Below are positions 46,205 through 55,655 of a stretch of DNA of 64,000 nt, in pieces (the stretch's first letter is position 1; every line of letters begins with the position of its first letter). Both the position numbers and the translations under genes were made by a program. The notes below the pieces were generated by a model, which had not been told where the DNA came from, ran no database searches, and worked only from the letters and a program-made list of their open reading frames with translations. Origin of the DNA: an uncultured Gammaproteobacteria bacterium (GTDB taxonomy: Bacteria; Patescibacteriota; Patescibacteriia; UBA9934; CAZDDW01); NCBI GenBank assembly GCA_965231015.1, contig OZ246408.1:686595-750594 (forward strand), given 5' to 3'.

Positions 46205-46726
46205 TTAATCAATCTTAAACTTAGAATCAGGGTCAGCCTCGTGTCGTATTTCGTCTACTTCTTCTTTCTTTCCCTCACCCGCATAGAGCTTATTTGCACA
46301 ATTCACTACCATGCCATCTTTTTCTCCTACATTTTTATATCCATGAACCACACCCGGCGGAATAATTGCAATCGCAAAATTGTTTTCACCAAGGTCGTGT
46401 GTTTCGTACTCACCGAAAGTTTCCGAGTCTGAACGGTTATCCCACAAGTGAAGCCGAAAAGTTGACGGACCAACAAAGCCAAATAAATCGGTTTGATACA
46501 CGTGCTCGTGCGGACCACGCGTTACTCCGGGTTTAGTTAACGAAACATACGTCATGACCGGTCGAACTTCCGGATCAATTTCGTCCGTGCGCCAAAGCTC
46601 GGACAACCACCCGCGTTCGTCTTCAAATTTCTTCAACTGAATGATTTCAACTCCGTTAATTTTGCTCTCGATCGACATATTGTTCTGTATAATATTTTTC
46701 ATAGTCACCCGAACAGATCTCATCAA
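46205..46726 (-). CDS. rfbC: dTDP-4-dehydrorhamnose 3,5-epimerase
   Basis: Cupin RmlC motifs (FEDERGWLSELW ... HGYKNV). The 5' end overlaps rfbB, and the true start is probably an internal Met. Confidence 0.8.
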   Translation of the reverse strand: MMRSVRVTMKNIIQNNMSIESKINGVEIIQLKKFEDERGWLSELWRTDEIDPEVRPVMTYVSLTKPGVTRGPHEHVYQTDLFGFVGPSTFRLHLWDNRSDSETFGEYETHDLGENNFAIAIIPPGVVHGYKNVGEKDGMVVNCANKLYAGEGKKEEVDEIRHEADPDSKFKID

Positions 46727-47672
46727 CCCAATCCTGATGATCCAAATACCAATCTACGGTCATTTTAAGTCCGGTCTCAAGGTCGATTTCTGGTTCCCAA
46801 CCGAGCTCCTCTTTGGCTTTGGAATAATCGATTGAGTAACGAGCGTCGTGTCCGGCCCGGTCCTTCACAAACTCAATCATATCTTCACTCTTACCCATGA
46901 CCGAAATTAATTTCTTGGTCAGTTCAATGTTCGGTAATTCAGAATCCTTACCACCTAAGCAATAGGTTTCCCCAATCCGACCCTTGTGAATAATTGCGTC
47001 AATTCCCTTGCAGTGATCAAGCACGTGAATCCAATCCCGAATCTGAAGACCCTGACCATAAACCGGCACCTTCTTTCCATCTTTTAAATTCGAGATAAAC
47101 AACGGCAACACTTTTTCCGGGAACTGATATGGACCATAGTTGTTGGAACAATTGGAAATTGTAATCGGCAATTCGTGAGTTTGGTGATAAGCCCGTACTA
47201 AATGATCCGACCCGGCCTTGCAAGCCGAGTACGGGTTTCGCGGCGCGTACTTGGTCTCCTCATTAAACGGCGGATCATTTGGTCCCAAAGCTCCGAACAC
47301 CTCATCGGTCGAGACGTGATGAAATCGTTTACCATGCTTGAGAGCTGCATCAAGCAACACAAGAGTTCCAAGCACGTTCGTCATCACAAACGGCCGAGCG
47401 TCCATAATCGATCGGTCCACATGTGACTCTGCTGCAAAATGAACAACGATATCAACATCTTTAACAAGATCAAAAACCAAATCACGATCAGTGATATCAC
47501 CCTTCACAAACTTGTAATTCGGATTATTCTGAACCGATTCTAAGTTGCGCAAGTTGCCACAATAAGTCAAAGAATCCAGGTTTACAATTTCGTAATCCGG
47601 ATACTTCGCAAACATGTGCAAAATAAAATTCGATCCAATAAACCCTGCCCCTCCGGTCACTAATAATTTCAT
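46656..47672 (-). CDS. rfbB: dTDP-glucose 4,6-dehydratase
   Basis: MKLLVTGGAGFIGSNFI, and a YxxxK catalytic motif (YSACKAGSDHL). Confidence 0.85.
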   Translation of the reverse strand: MKLLVTGGAGFIGSNFILHMFAKYPDYEIVNLDSLTYCGNLRNLESVQNNPNYKFVKGDITDRDLVFDLVKDVDIVVHFAAESHVDRSIMDARPFVMTNVLGTLVLLDAALKHGKRFHHVSTDEVFGALGPNDPPFNEETKYAPRNPYSACKAGSDHLVRAYHQTHELPITISNCSNNYGPYQFPEKVLPLFISNLKDGKKVPVYGQGLQIRDWIHVLDHCKGIDAIIHKGRIGETYCLGGKDSELPNIELTKKLISVMGKSEDMIEFVKDRAGHDARYSIDYSKAKEELGWEPEIDLETGLKMTVDWYLDHQDWVDEICSGDYEKYYTEQYVDREQN

Positions 47673-47674
47673 AT

Positions 47675-48091
47675 CTACTTTTTTAATTCTTCACGAATCA
47701 TATTGGCGTGGGCTTCGATTTCCTCTGCAGTTGCTTCCTGTGAACCCCACATGGCTTTTCCGTCTTCTTCAGACCGCGGAATAATGTGAATATGGGTGTG
47801 AAATACAACTTGCCCGGCTTCCTTGCCGCAGTTATTTGAAAAAACACAAGCCGGCATACCTGCGGCTTTCATGACAGCCGGAGCAATCTTTTGAGCCACA
47901 TTGAGAACTTTTCCGGCGAGCTCAGGCGGAGTTTCTAAGATATTCTCGTGATGTTTTTTTGGAATAACGAGTGTATGGGCTGGAGCAGTTGGAAAAATAT
48001 CCATGAAAGCCAAAACATCATCGTCTTCATAGACTTTTTGAGACGGAGCCTCACCGGCTACGATTTTACAAAAAATACAGTCATCTGACAT
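47675..48091 (-). CDS. HIT-family nucleotide hydrolase
   Basis: HIT motif HTHIHIIPR, with an N-terminal CIFCKI. Confidence 0.8.
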   Translation of the reverse strand: MSDDCIFCKIVAGEAPSQKVYEDDDVLAFMDIFPTAPAHTLVIPKKHHENILETPPELAGKVLNVAQKIAPAVMKAAGMPACVFSNNCGKEAGQVVFHTHIHIIPRSEEDGKAMWGSQEATAEEIEAHANMIREELKK

Positions 48092-48108
48092 AAAACCGAG
48101 ATTAATTT

Positions 48109-48477
48109 CTAGTCACTTGATCTTAACACACCAACAACAGCCAAGGGAAGGATAAAGGCAATCAAAACTGCCATAAATCTATATTCCTCTAAATTTAGCC
48201 CAATATTCCAAACGATAATTGCGGCAATAATGCCCAAAAATAAGGCTAGTGCATAATTCCAGAACCTGTGATCCTGTGTTTCTTTTTCAACCACCATCCA
48301 CCAAATACCGAACAAAAGGCTTGTCAACAACCACCAGTGCACGGACATATAGTTTGAAACAAGTCCGGGCTTGATTACGTCCGCCAGCCAAAACCAAAGA
48401 TAAGCGACTACACTGACGATAAAACCCGTTCGGGCAATTGTTTCTTGATAATTATTCTTTTTAGTGAACCAACCCAT
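48109..48477 (-). CDS. Small membrane protein, unknown
   Basis: 122 aa with 4 TM helices. Confidence 0.4.
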   Translation of the reverse strand: MGWFTKKNNYQETIARTGFIVSVVAYLWFWLADVIKPGLVSNYMSVHWWLLTSLLFGIWWMVVEKETQDHRFWNYALALFLGIIAAIIVWNIGLNLEEYRFMAVLIAFILPLAVVGVLRSSD

Positions 48478-49933
48478 ACCACAATTCTTTTACTTCTTGT
48501 TTTGCTTTTTGCCAGGTCAGTGGATCACGGTACAGAACCGCATTTATTTCACTGACCCAAACATCTTCTTGTAAGTCCTTGATTCCGGCGACCGAAATAG
48601 TTAACTTCCAAGCATCCTCTATTTTCACCAGCCACGAAGTATCAAACTCAGCTGTATCATGATACCAACCATCAATCAACTCGGGTGACTCATATTCAGC
48701 AATGATATAATCGACCCCTAGACGATCCAAATCAATATTCCAATTAAGCCGGACCGGATCAGGGTTGAAGTACTGAGCAGCTGAAAAAGCTATATGTCCA
48801 TCCGAATAAACAATCAGGTCCCCCTGCGGCGAATAGACTTCCACCACTCCATCTGAGAGTACTTCATGCGAGTATTCTTCATACGGATTAGGAATGCGGA
48901 CCAGCTCACCTGCCACTCTGACTTCTTGAGCTCCGTCGGCGTGATGCGTCATAAACTCCAAGTTTTTTGCTTCAGTCCAAAAACGCACTTCTCTGTCTTC
49001 CGGCATATAACCCACCTCATCGGCCAGATAAACATTGTTCAAGAAAACAATCTTTTGTTGTGTGGTAGTCAAAGTGCGCCAGAAAATATCCCGCCCCACC
49101 CGCAGCTCAACCTTGTAAACTCCCTCGGGAAGATCTGGAACCAAGACATGGATGTGCTCGAGTCCTGATGGTACGGCATCATCGGTTTTATTACCATCAT
49201 CCAGTGACGAAACTTGGTGCACTAATTCACCGGCTTCATTAGTAATCAAGATGTTGATTGAGTCTCCCTCTTTATCCCGATTCATATCCATGTATGTAAA
49301 ATCGAGATTTAAATTTTCATCTTTGATATATGTTTTAAATTCATGAAAACCACGCAACGAAACGTCAACGGTTCGAGAAATAGAACTAGGTATGTAAGTG
49401 GGGATCAAATATGGAGTTGTGAGTTGGTAGTGATACGTAGCAATTTTAGATCGATCCGGGGGGCTGGTGACGAAAGAATCAATCGACTCATAAGTTCGAT
49501 CTCGTTGCAGTAAAACAATCCCGTTTTCTTCTGTTCGATCCCAATCAGATTCATCAATTAAGAGATTTTGAAGCGGAACCAAAAAATACTGCGAACCCTC
49601 TTCCCCGGCCAAGCCGCCAAGTTCTACAATTGGTACTCCATCATTTTGCCATACGAGCTCGAGTTCAAGAAAATCAAAATGCCGCGGCGGTTCCACCGTA
49701 AAATAAACCGGCTCATCAATGATCTGTTGGGCCCATTCCCCACTTGGTAACTTACTCGGAGGTAAAGCCCGAGCATCCGGTAAAATTCGATTGATAAAGG
49801 GCGACAGATGCTGGAGATCAAATCTTACCTCAAGCTGACCGGTTGGAACCAAATCTAACCAAAGCAGCCAACCAAAAATAACAATCGGAACAGCAACCAT
49901 GACGACTTGCAAAACTCGAATCAAAAACTTCAT
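48461..49933 (-). CDS. N-terminally membrane-anchored extracytoplasmic protein, unknown
   Basis: 490 aa. One N-terminal TM, the rest predicted outside. Confidence 0.4.
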   Translation of the reverse strand: MKFLIRVLQVVMVAVPIVIFGWLLWLDLVPTGQLEVRFDLQHLSPFINRILPDARALPPSKLPSGEWAQQIIDEPVYFTVEPPRHFDFLELELVWQNDGVPIVELGGLAGEEGSQYFLVPLQNLLIDESDWDRTEENGIVLLQRDRTYESIDSFVTSPPDRSKIATYHYQLTTPYLIPTYIPSSISRTVDVSLRGFHEFKTYIKDENLNLDFTYMDMNRDKEGDSINILITNEAGELVHQVSSLDDGNKTDDAVPSGLEHIHVLVPDLPEGVYKVELRVGRDIFWRTLTTTQQKIVFLNNVYLADEVGYMPEDREVRFWTEAKNLEFMTHHADGAQEVRVAGELVRIPNPYEEYSHEVLSDGVVEVYSPQGDLIVYSDGHIAFSAAQYFNPDPVRLNWNIDLDRLGVDYIIAEYESPELIDGWYHDTAEFDTSWLVKIEDAWKLTISVAGIKDLQEDVWVSEINAVLYRDPLTWQKAKQEVKELWYGLVH

Positions 49934-51600
49934 AACGCTTGGGTAATTTGATACAACGACTCTTCTTCAAAAGTTTGGATTAGATCAATTTTAAGACCAA
50001 ATTCAGCCAGTTTTCTATTATTTAAGTACTCTATATCCGTTTCCGGAAAAGTGATACCGTAATAATAAAGCTGTTGTCGAAGCACAATTTTTGGCATCAA
50101 ATGATAGGTCGCTTCATCACGCAATGGGTAACGCACCAAACGATCCGGCCAAAATATCTTGTCTGCCCTATCCACTATAATTATTGCATCTTCCTCGGTT
50201 AGCTCTAAAACCCGTGTCTTGATTTCGTTTGATTCTTGCAAGACTTGTCGGATCGATATCAGGCCGTCATCTGGAGCAAAAAAAGTACCGTTAACTCCGA
50301 GTGCAGTAACCAAGAACACAATAGCCGCAGATAGCCAGACCCTGGCGAGATTGGTTTTCATTTTACTGGCTAACCAATCAATAGCCGCGGCTCCAAAAAC
50401 CGTACTCATTACAAACAGGGGCAACCAATAACGAACGTAGGAATTAGCAATGGTGACTGAATTTGGGTCCGGGTTGTCATGAAAGATCCAACTGCCATAC
50501 ACAACCCCCAAAAACGCGGCGGCCACCGCAAAGGCGGCCATAAACGTAAATCGATGCCGAACTCGATTCGTGGCCAAGTTTTCGTTTTTGCATAAAAATA
50601 AAATTGGCGCTCCGAGCAACCCCAAAAGACTCATCCACCAAAAAAGTTTAAAACCATAATTGAATGAATTTTCTACTATGGCAAATTCGTGAATTTCATA
50701 CGGAAAAGGCTCTTCATTCAAAACCGTGACTTCCCCGGTTCTACTAATTTGAGACGGTTCTTCCACCTCCTCTGTTGTCGCAGATACAGTATATCCAAAA
50801 GTAAACGCCCCACCATATAAAGATTTATTAATAAAGAACAGTGGGGTGAGTAATAAAATTGCGGAAACAACAACTAAACCTAATCGAGTCCACTTGATGT
50901 GCCTTGCAAAAAAAATCACTACTACTAAAGCGGAAGGCAACAACCAGAAAAGCTCAGAAGTGCGAGTGAAAACCGCTGCTCCAAACATTATTCCGGCCAA
51001 CACATAATCAAGTGCATGGACCCAATCTCCCTCCTTTTTTCCAAAACGTTCAGCTAGCGGTCGTGTCACCAACCACCACAGTGCAAAAATTAAAAACGAA
51101 ACAAACAACACGTTGTGCATCATGGTTCGAGCAGTGTAATACCACCAAGCCGGGTGCACAGCCAACAATACTCCGGCCAAAAGCCCGATCCGAGGACTAA
51201 ACAAGCGCCTTATAACACCGTACCAAGCCAACACCGCCAAAGTGGCAATAAGGGGGGTCAAATAAAACATAGCCCCACTACCAACCGCCTTGCCGATTAA
51301 CCCATACAAAACCGGCAAGCCAAGAAAGCTGATCGGTACCAACCGTCCGGCCACGGACACCACACTGCGTGGATAAAGCATATCATTATAAATCAGGTTG
51401 GCCGGCTCATAAACATACAACCGAACCTGATCAACTACTTCATTGGCAAAAAACCAGTTAGCGGTTTCATCTGGTGAAACAAACATCTGTGGCATTCCAA
51501 AAACTAAAACAAGAGACGAAACAAAAAATACCGTCACTACCACGGCTAAAACCCATAATTCTTTTAATTTGTCGGCTTCGGCAAATAATCTAGATGCCAT
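49930..51600 (-). CDS. GT-C fold membrane glycosyltransferase (ArnT/PMT-like)
   Basis: 556 aa with more than 10 TM segments. The first-loop motif FVSPDETANWFF resembles the conserved DE loop of the GT39/GT83 families. Confidence 0.5.
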   Translation of the reverse strand: MASRLFAEADKLKELWVLAVVVTVFFVSSLVLVFGMPQMFVSPDETANWFFANEVVDQVRLYVYEPANLIYNDMLYPRSVVSVAGRLVPISFLGLPVLYGLIGKAVGSGAMFYLTPLIATLAVLAWYGVIRRLFSPRIGLLAGVLLAVHPAWWYYTARTMMHNVLFVSFLIFALWWLVTRPLAERFGKKEGDWVHALDYVLAGIMFGAAVFTRTSELFWLLPSALVVVIFFARHIKWTRLGLVVVSAILLLTPLFFINKSLYGGAFTFGYTVSATTEEVEEPSQISRTGEVTVLNEEPFPYEIHEFAIVENSFNYGFKLFWWMSLLGLLGAPILFLCKNENLATNRVRHRFTFMAAFAVAAAFLGVVYGSWIFHDNPDPNSVTIANSYVRYWLPLFVMSTVFGAAAIDWLASKMKTNLARVWLSAAIVFLVTALGVNGTFFAPDDGLISIRQVLQESNEIKTRVLELTEEDAIIIVDRADKIFWPDRLVRYPLRDEATYHLMPKIVLRQQLYYYGITFPETDIEYLNNRKLAEFGLKIDLIQTFEEESLYQITQAL

Positions 51601-52171
51601 AGGTGTATAAACTAATTATTGCAAAAACAATGGCCATATAAAAAATCGCTGCGGAAAACGGGATAAACAGATCAACCCCTAGCCACAGGGCAATCAACAA
51701 AGCCATCACACCCGACACTTGTAAACACATTTTAATCTTTCCCCAGGTATTGGCCTGCACTTTGAAGCCGTGTTGTTTTCTAATAAAGCCGCCTATGATC
51801 ATGATGATTTCTAAGACAATAATCACCAAGGCGAGCCACGGATTTATGTGCTGGGCAACGGTCACAATTAAGACTGTACTGATTAATAACTTATCTGCAA
51901 CTGGATCATAAATCGAACCCCAATCTGTTACCTGTTTGCGCAACCGAGCCAAAGACCCGTCAATCATGTCAGTTAATGCCGCTAGAAAAAATAACGGTAC
52001 TCCTAAGGCATAATTTTCCATAACAAGCAAAACCAAAACAATTGGAATCATAATCATGCGGACAACCGTAAAATGGTTGGGCCTAACCCATCTTGGAATA
52101 AGCGGTATTATGGTGTATTTAAGCAAATAATCATGCTTTTGCACCTTGTGTGGGTCAAAACCCTTCGACAT
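51590..52171 (-). CDS. CDP-alcohol phosphatidyltransferase family protein
   Basis: DMIDGSLARLRKQVTDWGSIYDPVADKL matches D-G-x2-A-R-x8-G-x3-D-x3-D. Confidence 0.8.
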   Translation of the reverse strand: MSKGFDPHKVQKHDYLLKYTIIPLIPRWVRPNHFTVVRMIMIPIVLVLLVMENYALGVPLFFLAALTDMIDGSLARLRKQVTDWGSIYDPVADKLLISTVLIVTVAQHINPWLALVIIVLEIIMIIGGFIRKQHGFKVQANTWGKIKMCLQVSGVMALLIALWLGVDLFIPFSAAIFYMAIVFAIISLYTYGI

Positions 52172-52190
52172 ATGCTAAAATGGAAACACT

Positions 52191-54293
52191 ATGAATATCT
52201 TTTCTACCCCTAAATATACCAGTTTTTCCGTAGTTTTTCTATCCCTGTTTGTCTTAAATCAGTACAATTTTGAATCTCCGGTTTTGGGGGTGGTTCTCTG
52301 TTTTGCTTTTTTTATCTATTTTGGGTCCGCCCTGGGCTGGGCCATCTTGCCCCGAGAAACATTTTTGCACCGCTCTTGGGCCGGTGGACTGCTTCTTGGT
52401 TCAATCATCATGATCCTTGGTTCAGCTTTCTACTACCTCTTTGTTATCACTCCGGACATCTGGACCCTTCTGGTTCTACTGACCCCGCCACTAGTATTTC
52501 TGGCCTACCGTCACCGCCACCGCACCCACGACACTCTGCGCTCCTGGCATCACCATGTACCAACAAGTACTATCACCCTGATTATTGTGGCTTTGCTTGC
52601 CTTGGTGATAGCGTTTGCGATTATTTCTGAAGCACAGATCTTCGATGCCATACGGACACCATGGGAGCAAATCCCAACTGTGGTATTCATCCCAATTTTT
52701 ACAGCCTTACTATCTTTGACCACCTTGCTGCTGCGTGGACGCGAACGTGCCTTCACTCTGCCATTGATTATGGCTGTACTTTTTCTGGTTGTTTCTGTAG
52801 CAGCCCTTGTTTACCCAATCGGCTATGGCTTTGACACCTTTATTCATCGTGCCACTGAAACCCACATTGCCCTGGAAGGATCAATCACCCCAAAGCCTTT
52901 TTACTACATTGGACAATATTCTCTGGTTTTGTTTTCTAGCCAAGCTTTTCATTTACCACTTGAATCGGTCGACCGAATTCTCTTGCCCCTACTCGTTGCC
53001 ATACTACTACCACTGGCCTGGTACTTTGCTTTTTATCATCTGACAGCGAATCGTCGCGCCAGCATGTTCTCTCTCATGGCTCTATTCTTTGTTCCTCTCT
53101 CTGGTTTTATCGTGACTACACCTCAAGGTCTAGCCAACCTTTGGACTTTATTAATCATCCTTCTCTCGATTCCGATCCTTAAAGACAGTCGAGAAGTATC
53201 TCTGGTATCTTTGTTTGTAATAGGTGTGGCCGGACTGTTAATTCACCCCTTAGCCGGAATACCGATCATGTTGTATCTGGCTTTAATTGCCTCCGGTCCG
53301 AAAGCCAAGGAATCGCGCTGGCCCGGTTTTTCTAATTTAATTTTTTGGCTCCTGGCTATTACCGGAAGCATTGTTTTACCACTCGTCTTTATAATTAACG
53401 CAAAAATATCCGGGCTCAAGTTGAACTTCGACTGGTCACTTCTTGCACCAACCAATATTCTTGACTCCTTAAACTTGAGCTACTTTGTCGAAAACCGTTT
53501 TAGCACCCTACTTGATTTTGTTTACCTTTACGGCTTTAACACTTCTCTTATCTTAATCCTGTTATCTATTTCAGGCTGGTTTATTTACCGTCGGCAATTG
53601 GCCCGATCGTACCTTCTGCCTGCAGCCATGATTCTGATTCTGTTTATCAACTATGTGGTTATGCGCTCGGCTATTGATTTCTCCTTCCTGATTGACTACG
53701 AGCGTACCAATTATGCTGACCGCTTGGTACCAATGATGATGTTTTTTGCTGTTCCATTCCTGGGCCTAGCTTTCGTAGCACTTTGGCAACACTTACAAAA
53801 AAAACCAATTGTTCTACAGGCTTCGGCCTTGGTTCTGATTGCCGCCTTTGCCACGAGTGCTTTTTATCTAACCTATCCCCGAACTGACAATTATGTTACA
53901 AGCCATGGTTTTAATGTTGGTCAAGCTGACATCAATGCAGTGTATTCAGTTGATGAATCTGCGGCCGGACAGGACTACATTGTTTTGGCCAACCAGTCTG
54001 TTTCCGCGGCTGCGATTAATGAGTTTGGCTTTAAAAAATACTACGGTGAATATTTCTTTTACCCGGTTCCGACCGGAGGAACCATGTACGAACACTTTCT
54101 TAATATGAACGATGAGCCAACACATGAAAAAGCTGTGACGGCCATGGATTTGGCTGACGTTGATTGGCTCTATTATGTAGTCAATGAATACTGGTGGCAG
54201 GCTCCTCGGATCATTGAAACAGCCAAACGAAATGCTCATGCTTGGAGCAGTATAGACGCCGGAAAGGTATACATTTTCGAATACAGGCGTTAA
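52191..54293 (+). CDS. Large polytopic membrane protein (700 aa), possibly glycan-processing, unknown
   Basis: Roughly 14 TM segments and a C-terminal soluble region. No clear motif. Confidence 0.4.
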   Translation: MNIFSTPKYTSFSVVFLSLFVLNQYNFESPVLGVVLCFAFFIYFGSALGWAILPRETFLHRSWAGGLLLGSIIMILGSAFYYLFVITPDIWTLLVLLTPPLVFLAYRHRHRTHDTLRSWHHHVPTSTITLIIVALLALVIAFAIISEAQIFDAIRTPWEQIPTVVFIPIFTALLSLTTLLLRGRERAFTLPLIMAVLFLVVSVAALVYPIGYGFDTFIHRATETHIALEGSITPKPFYYIGQYSLVLFSSQAFHLPLESVDRILLPLLVAILLPLAWYFAFYHLTANRRASMFSLMALFFVPLSGFIVTTPQGLANLWTLLIILLSIPILKDSREVSLVSLFVIGVAGLLIHPLAGIPIMLYLALIASGPKAKESRWPGFSNLIFWLLAITGSIVLPLVFIINAKISGLKLNFDWSLLAPTNILDSLNLSYFVENRFSTLLDFVYLYGFNTSLILILLSISGWFIYRRQLARSYLLPAAMILILFINYVVMRSAIDFSFLIDYERTNYADRLVPMMMFFAVPFLGLAFVALWQHLQKKPIVLQASALVLIAAFATSAFYLTYPRTDNYVTSHGFNVGQADINAVYSVDESAAGQDYIVLANQSVSAAAINEFGFKKYYGEYFFYPVPTGGTMYEHFLNMNDEPTHEKAVTAMDLADVDWLYYVVNEYWWQAPRIIETAKRNAHAWSSIDAGKVYIFEYRR

Positions 54294-54351
54294 TTTGGTT
54301 CAAAACGTAATATCTGTTAAACTGATAATCCTTAAAGAGTAACGATTTTTT

Positions 54352-54915
54352 ATGATTGAAATTAATCATGAGGTTCCCAACATTGAACTTGAGGCCTACC
54401 ACGGCAACGAAATTAAGAAACTTCATCTTAATGATTACCGTGGCAAATGGCTGATCTTGTTCTTTTATCCGGCTGACTTTACCTTTGTTTGTCCTACTGA
54501 ACTTGGTGAAATGGCCGATCTGTACGAAGAGTTTAAAAAAGCTGACGCCGAAGTTCTTAGTGTTAGTACTGACACAGTCTTCGTTCACAAGGCCTGGCAT
54601 GACGAGTCCGAGACAATAGGTCGAATCGAGTTTCCAATGGTAGCTGATCCAACCGGTAAACTGTCACGTCAAATGGGAGTTTACATCGAAGACGAAGGTG
54701 TGGCCTTGCGAGGAAGTTTCGTGATTGATCCAGACGGCATTCTGAAGGCGTTTGAGATTCATGACAACAGTGTAGGACGATCCGCTACCGAGCTCTTGCG
54801 TAAACTCCAAGCGGCTAAATTCGTTCGCGAACATGGCGGCGAGGTTTGTCCGGCCAATTGGAAACCAGGTGGTGATACTTTGAAGCCAGGGCTCGACTTA
54901 GTCGGTAAAATTTAA
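54352..54915 (+). CDS. 2-Cys peroxiredoxin (AhpC/Prx family)
   Basis: Peroxidatic Cys motif FTFVCPTE, and a resolving Cys in GEVCPANW. Confidence 0.9.
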   Translation: MIEINHEVPNIELEAYHGNEIKKLHLNDYRGKWLILFFYPADFTFVCPTELGEMADLYEEFKKADAEVLSVSTDTVFVHKAWHDESETIGRIEFPMVADPTGKLSRQMGVYIEDEGVALRGSFVIDPDGILKAFEIHDNSVGRSATELLRKLQAAKFVREHGGEVCPANWKPGGDTLKPGLDLVGKI

Positions 54916-54926
54916 GCTTAAAATAA

Positions 54927-54954
54927 CCTTAATTGTCCACGTGGTCAAATAAGG
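54927..54954. promoter_or_regulatory. 28-nt palindrome CCTTAATTGTCCACGTGGTCAAATAAGG between peroxiredoxin and SOD
   Basis: Near-perfect dyad centred on CACGTG. A second copy is at 58688-58715. Confidence 0.55.
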
Positions 54955-54963
54955 TACAAACAT

Positions 54964-55554
54964 ATGGAATACCAAACACAGAACTTCAATCATTTAATTG
55001 GTACGCCAGGTTTTTCGGACGAACTCCTTAAGAACCACTTTAAGTTGTACGAAGGATATGTGGCCAACACCAATAAAGTCATGGGGCTGATCAAGACACT
55101 AAGTATTGCTAGAAAACATGACACACCAGAATTTTCAGAACTGAAACGCCGGCTCGGGTGGGAATTCAATGGCATGCGTTTGCATGAGCTCTACTTTGAA
55201 AATCTGACTAAAGAATCTCAAGAACCTAATGCTGATCTGCCAATTGTACAAAACCTAATCGAGACCTATGGTGATTTCGGCAACTGGGAGCGTTACTTTA
55301 AAGCCACGGGATCTTTGCGAGGAATTGGTTGGGCAGTTATGTATTGGGACTCGATCGGACAAAGAACGCTTAGCATGTGGATCAACGAACATGATATCGG
55401 TCATCCGGCTGGCTGCACTCCGCTCCTGGTCATGGACGTGTTCGAACACGCTTTCTTGACCGACTATGGATTAAAGAGAACTGATTACATCGACGCTTTC
55501 ATGAAAGCGATTTACTGGGAAGAAATAAACCGACGATTCGAAGCTGTAAAGTAA
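54964..55554 (+). CDS. sod: Fe/Mn superoxide dismutase family protein (divergent N-terminal motif)
   Basis: C-terminal DVFEHAFLTDYG and the conserved FNGMRLHELYFENL. The N-terminal HHxKHH region is replaced by NHFKLYEGYV. Confidence 0.7.
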   Translation: MEYQTQNFNHLIGTPGFSDELLKNHFKLYEGYVANTNKVMGLIKTLSIARKHDTPEFSELKRRLGWEFNGMRLHELYFENLTKESQEPNADLPIVQNLIETYGDFGNWERYFKATGSLRGIGWAVMYWDSIGQRTLSMWINEHDIGHPAGCTPLLVMDVFEHAFLTDYGLKRTDYIDAFMKAIYWEEINRRFEAVK

Positions 55555-55655
55555 TACAACACAAAAAGATGGTCTTTATTGACCATCTTTTTTAATACAT
55601 CTTTTTCGTACCTACGAACAAACACCGTACCCCCTCTGGCTTGGTCATCAAAACT

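Noticed and set aside
54927-54954. Intrinsic terminator between peroxiredoxin and SOD
   Set aside because: The AT-rich hairpin is not followed by a U-run, and the SOD start codon follows 10 nt later. It is more likely an operator or mRNA stem-loop than a terminator.
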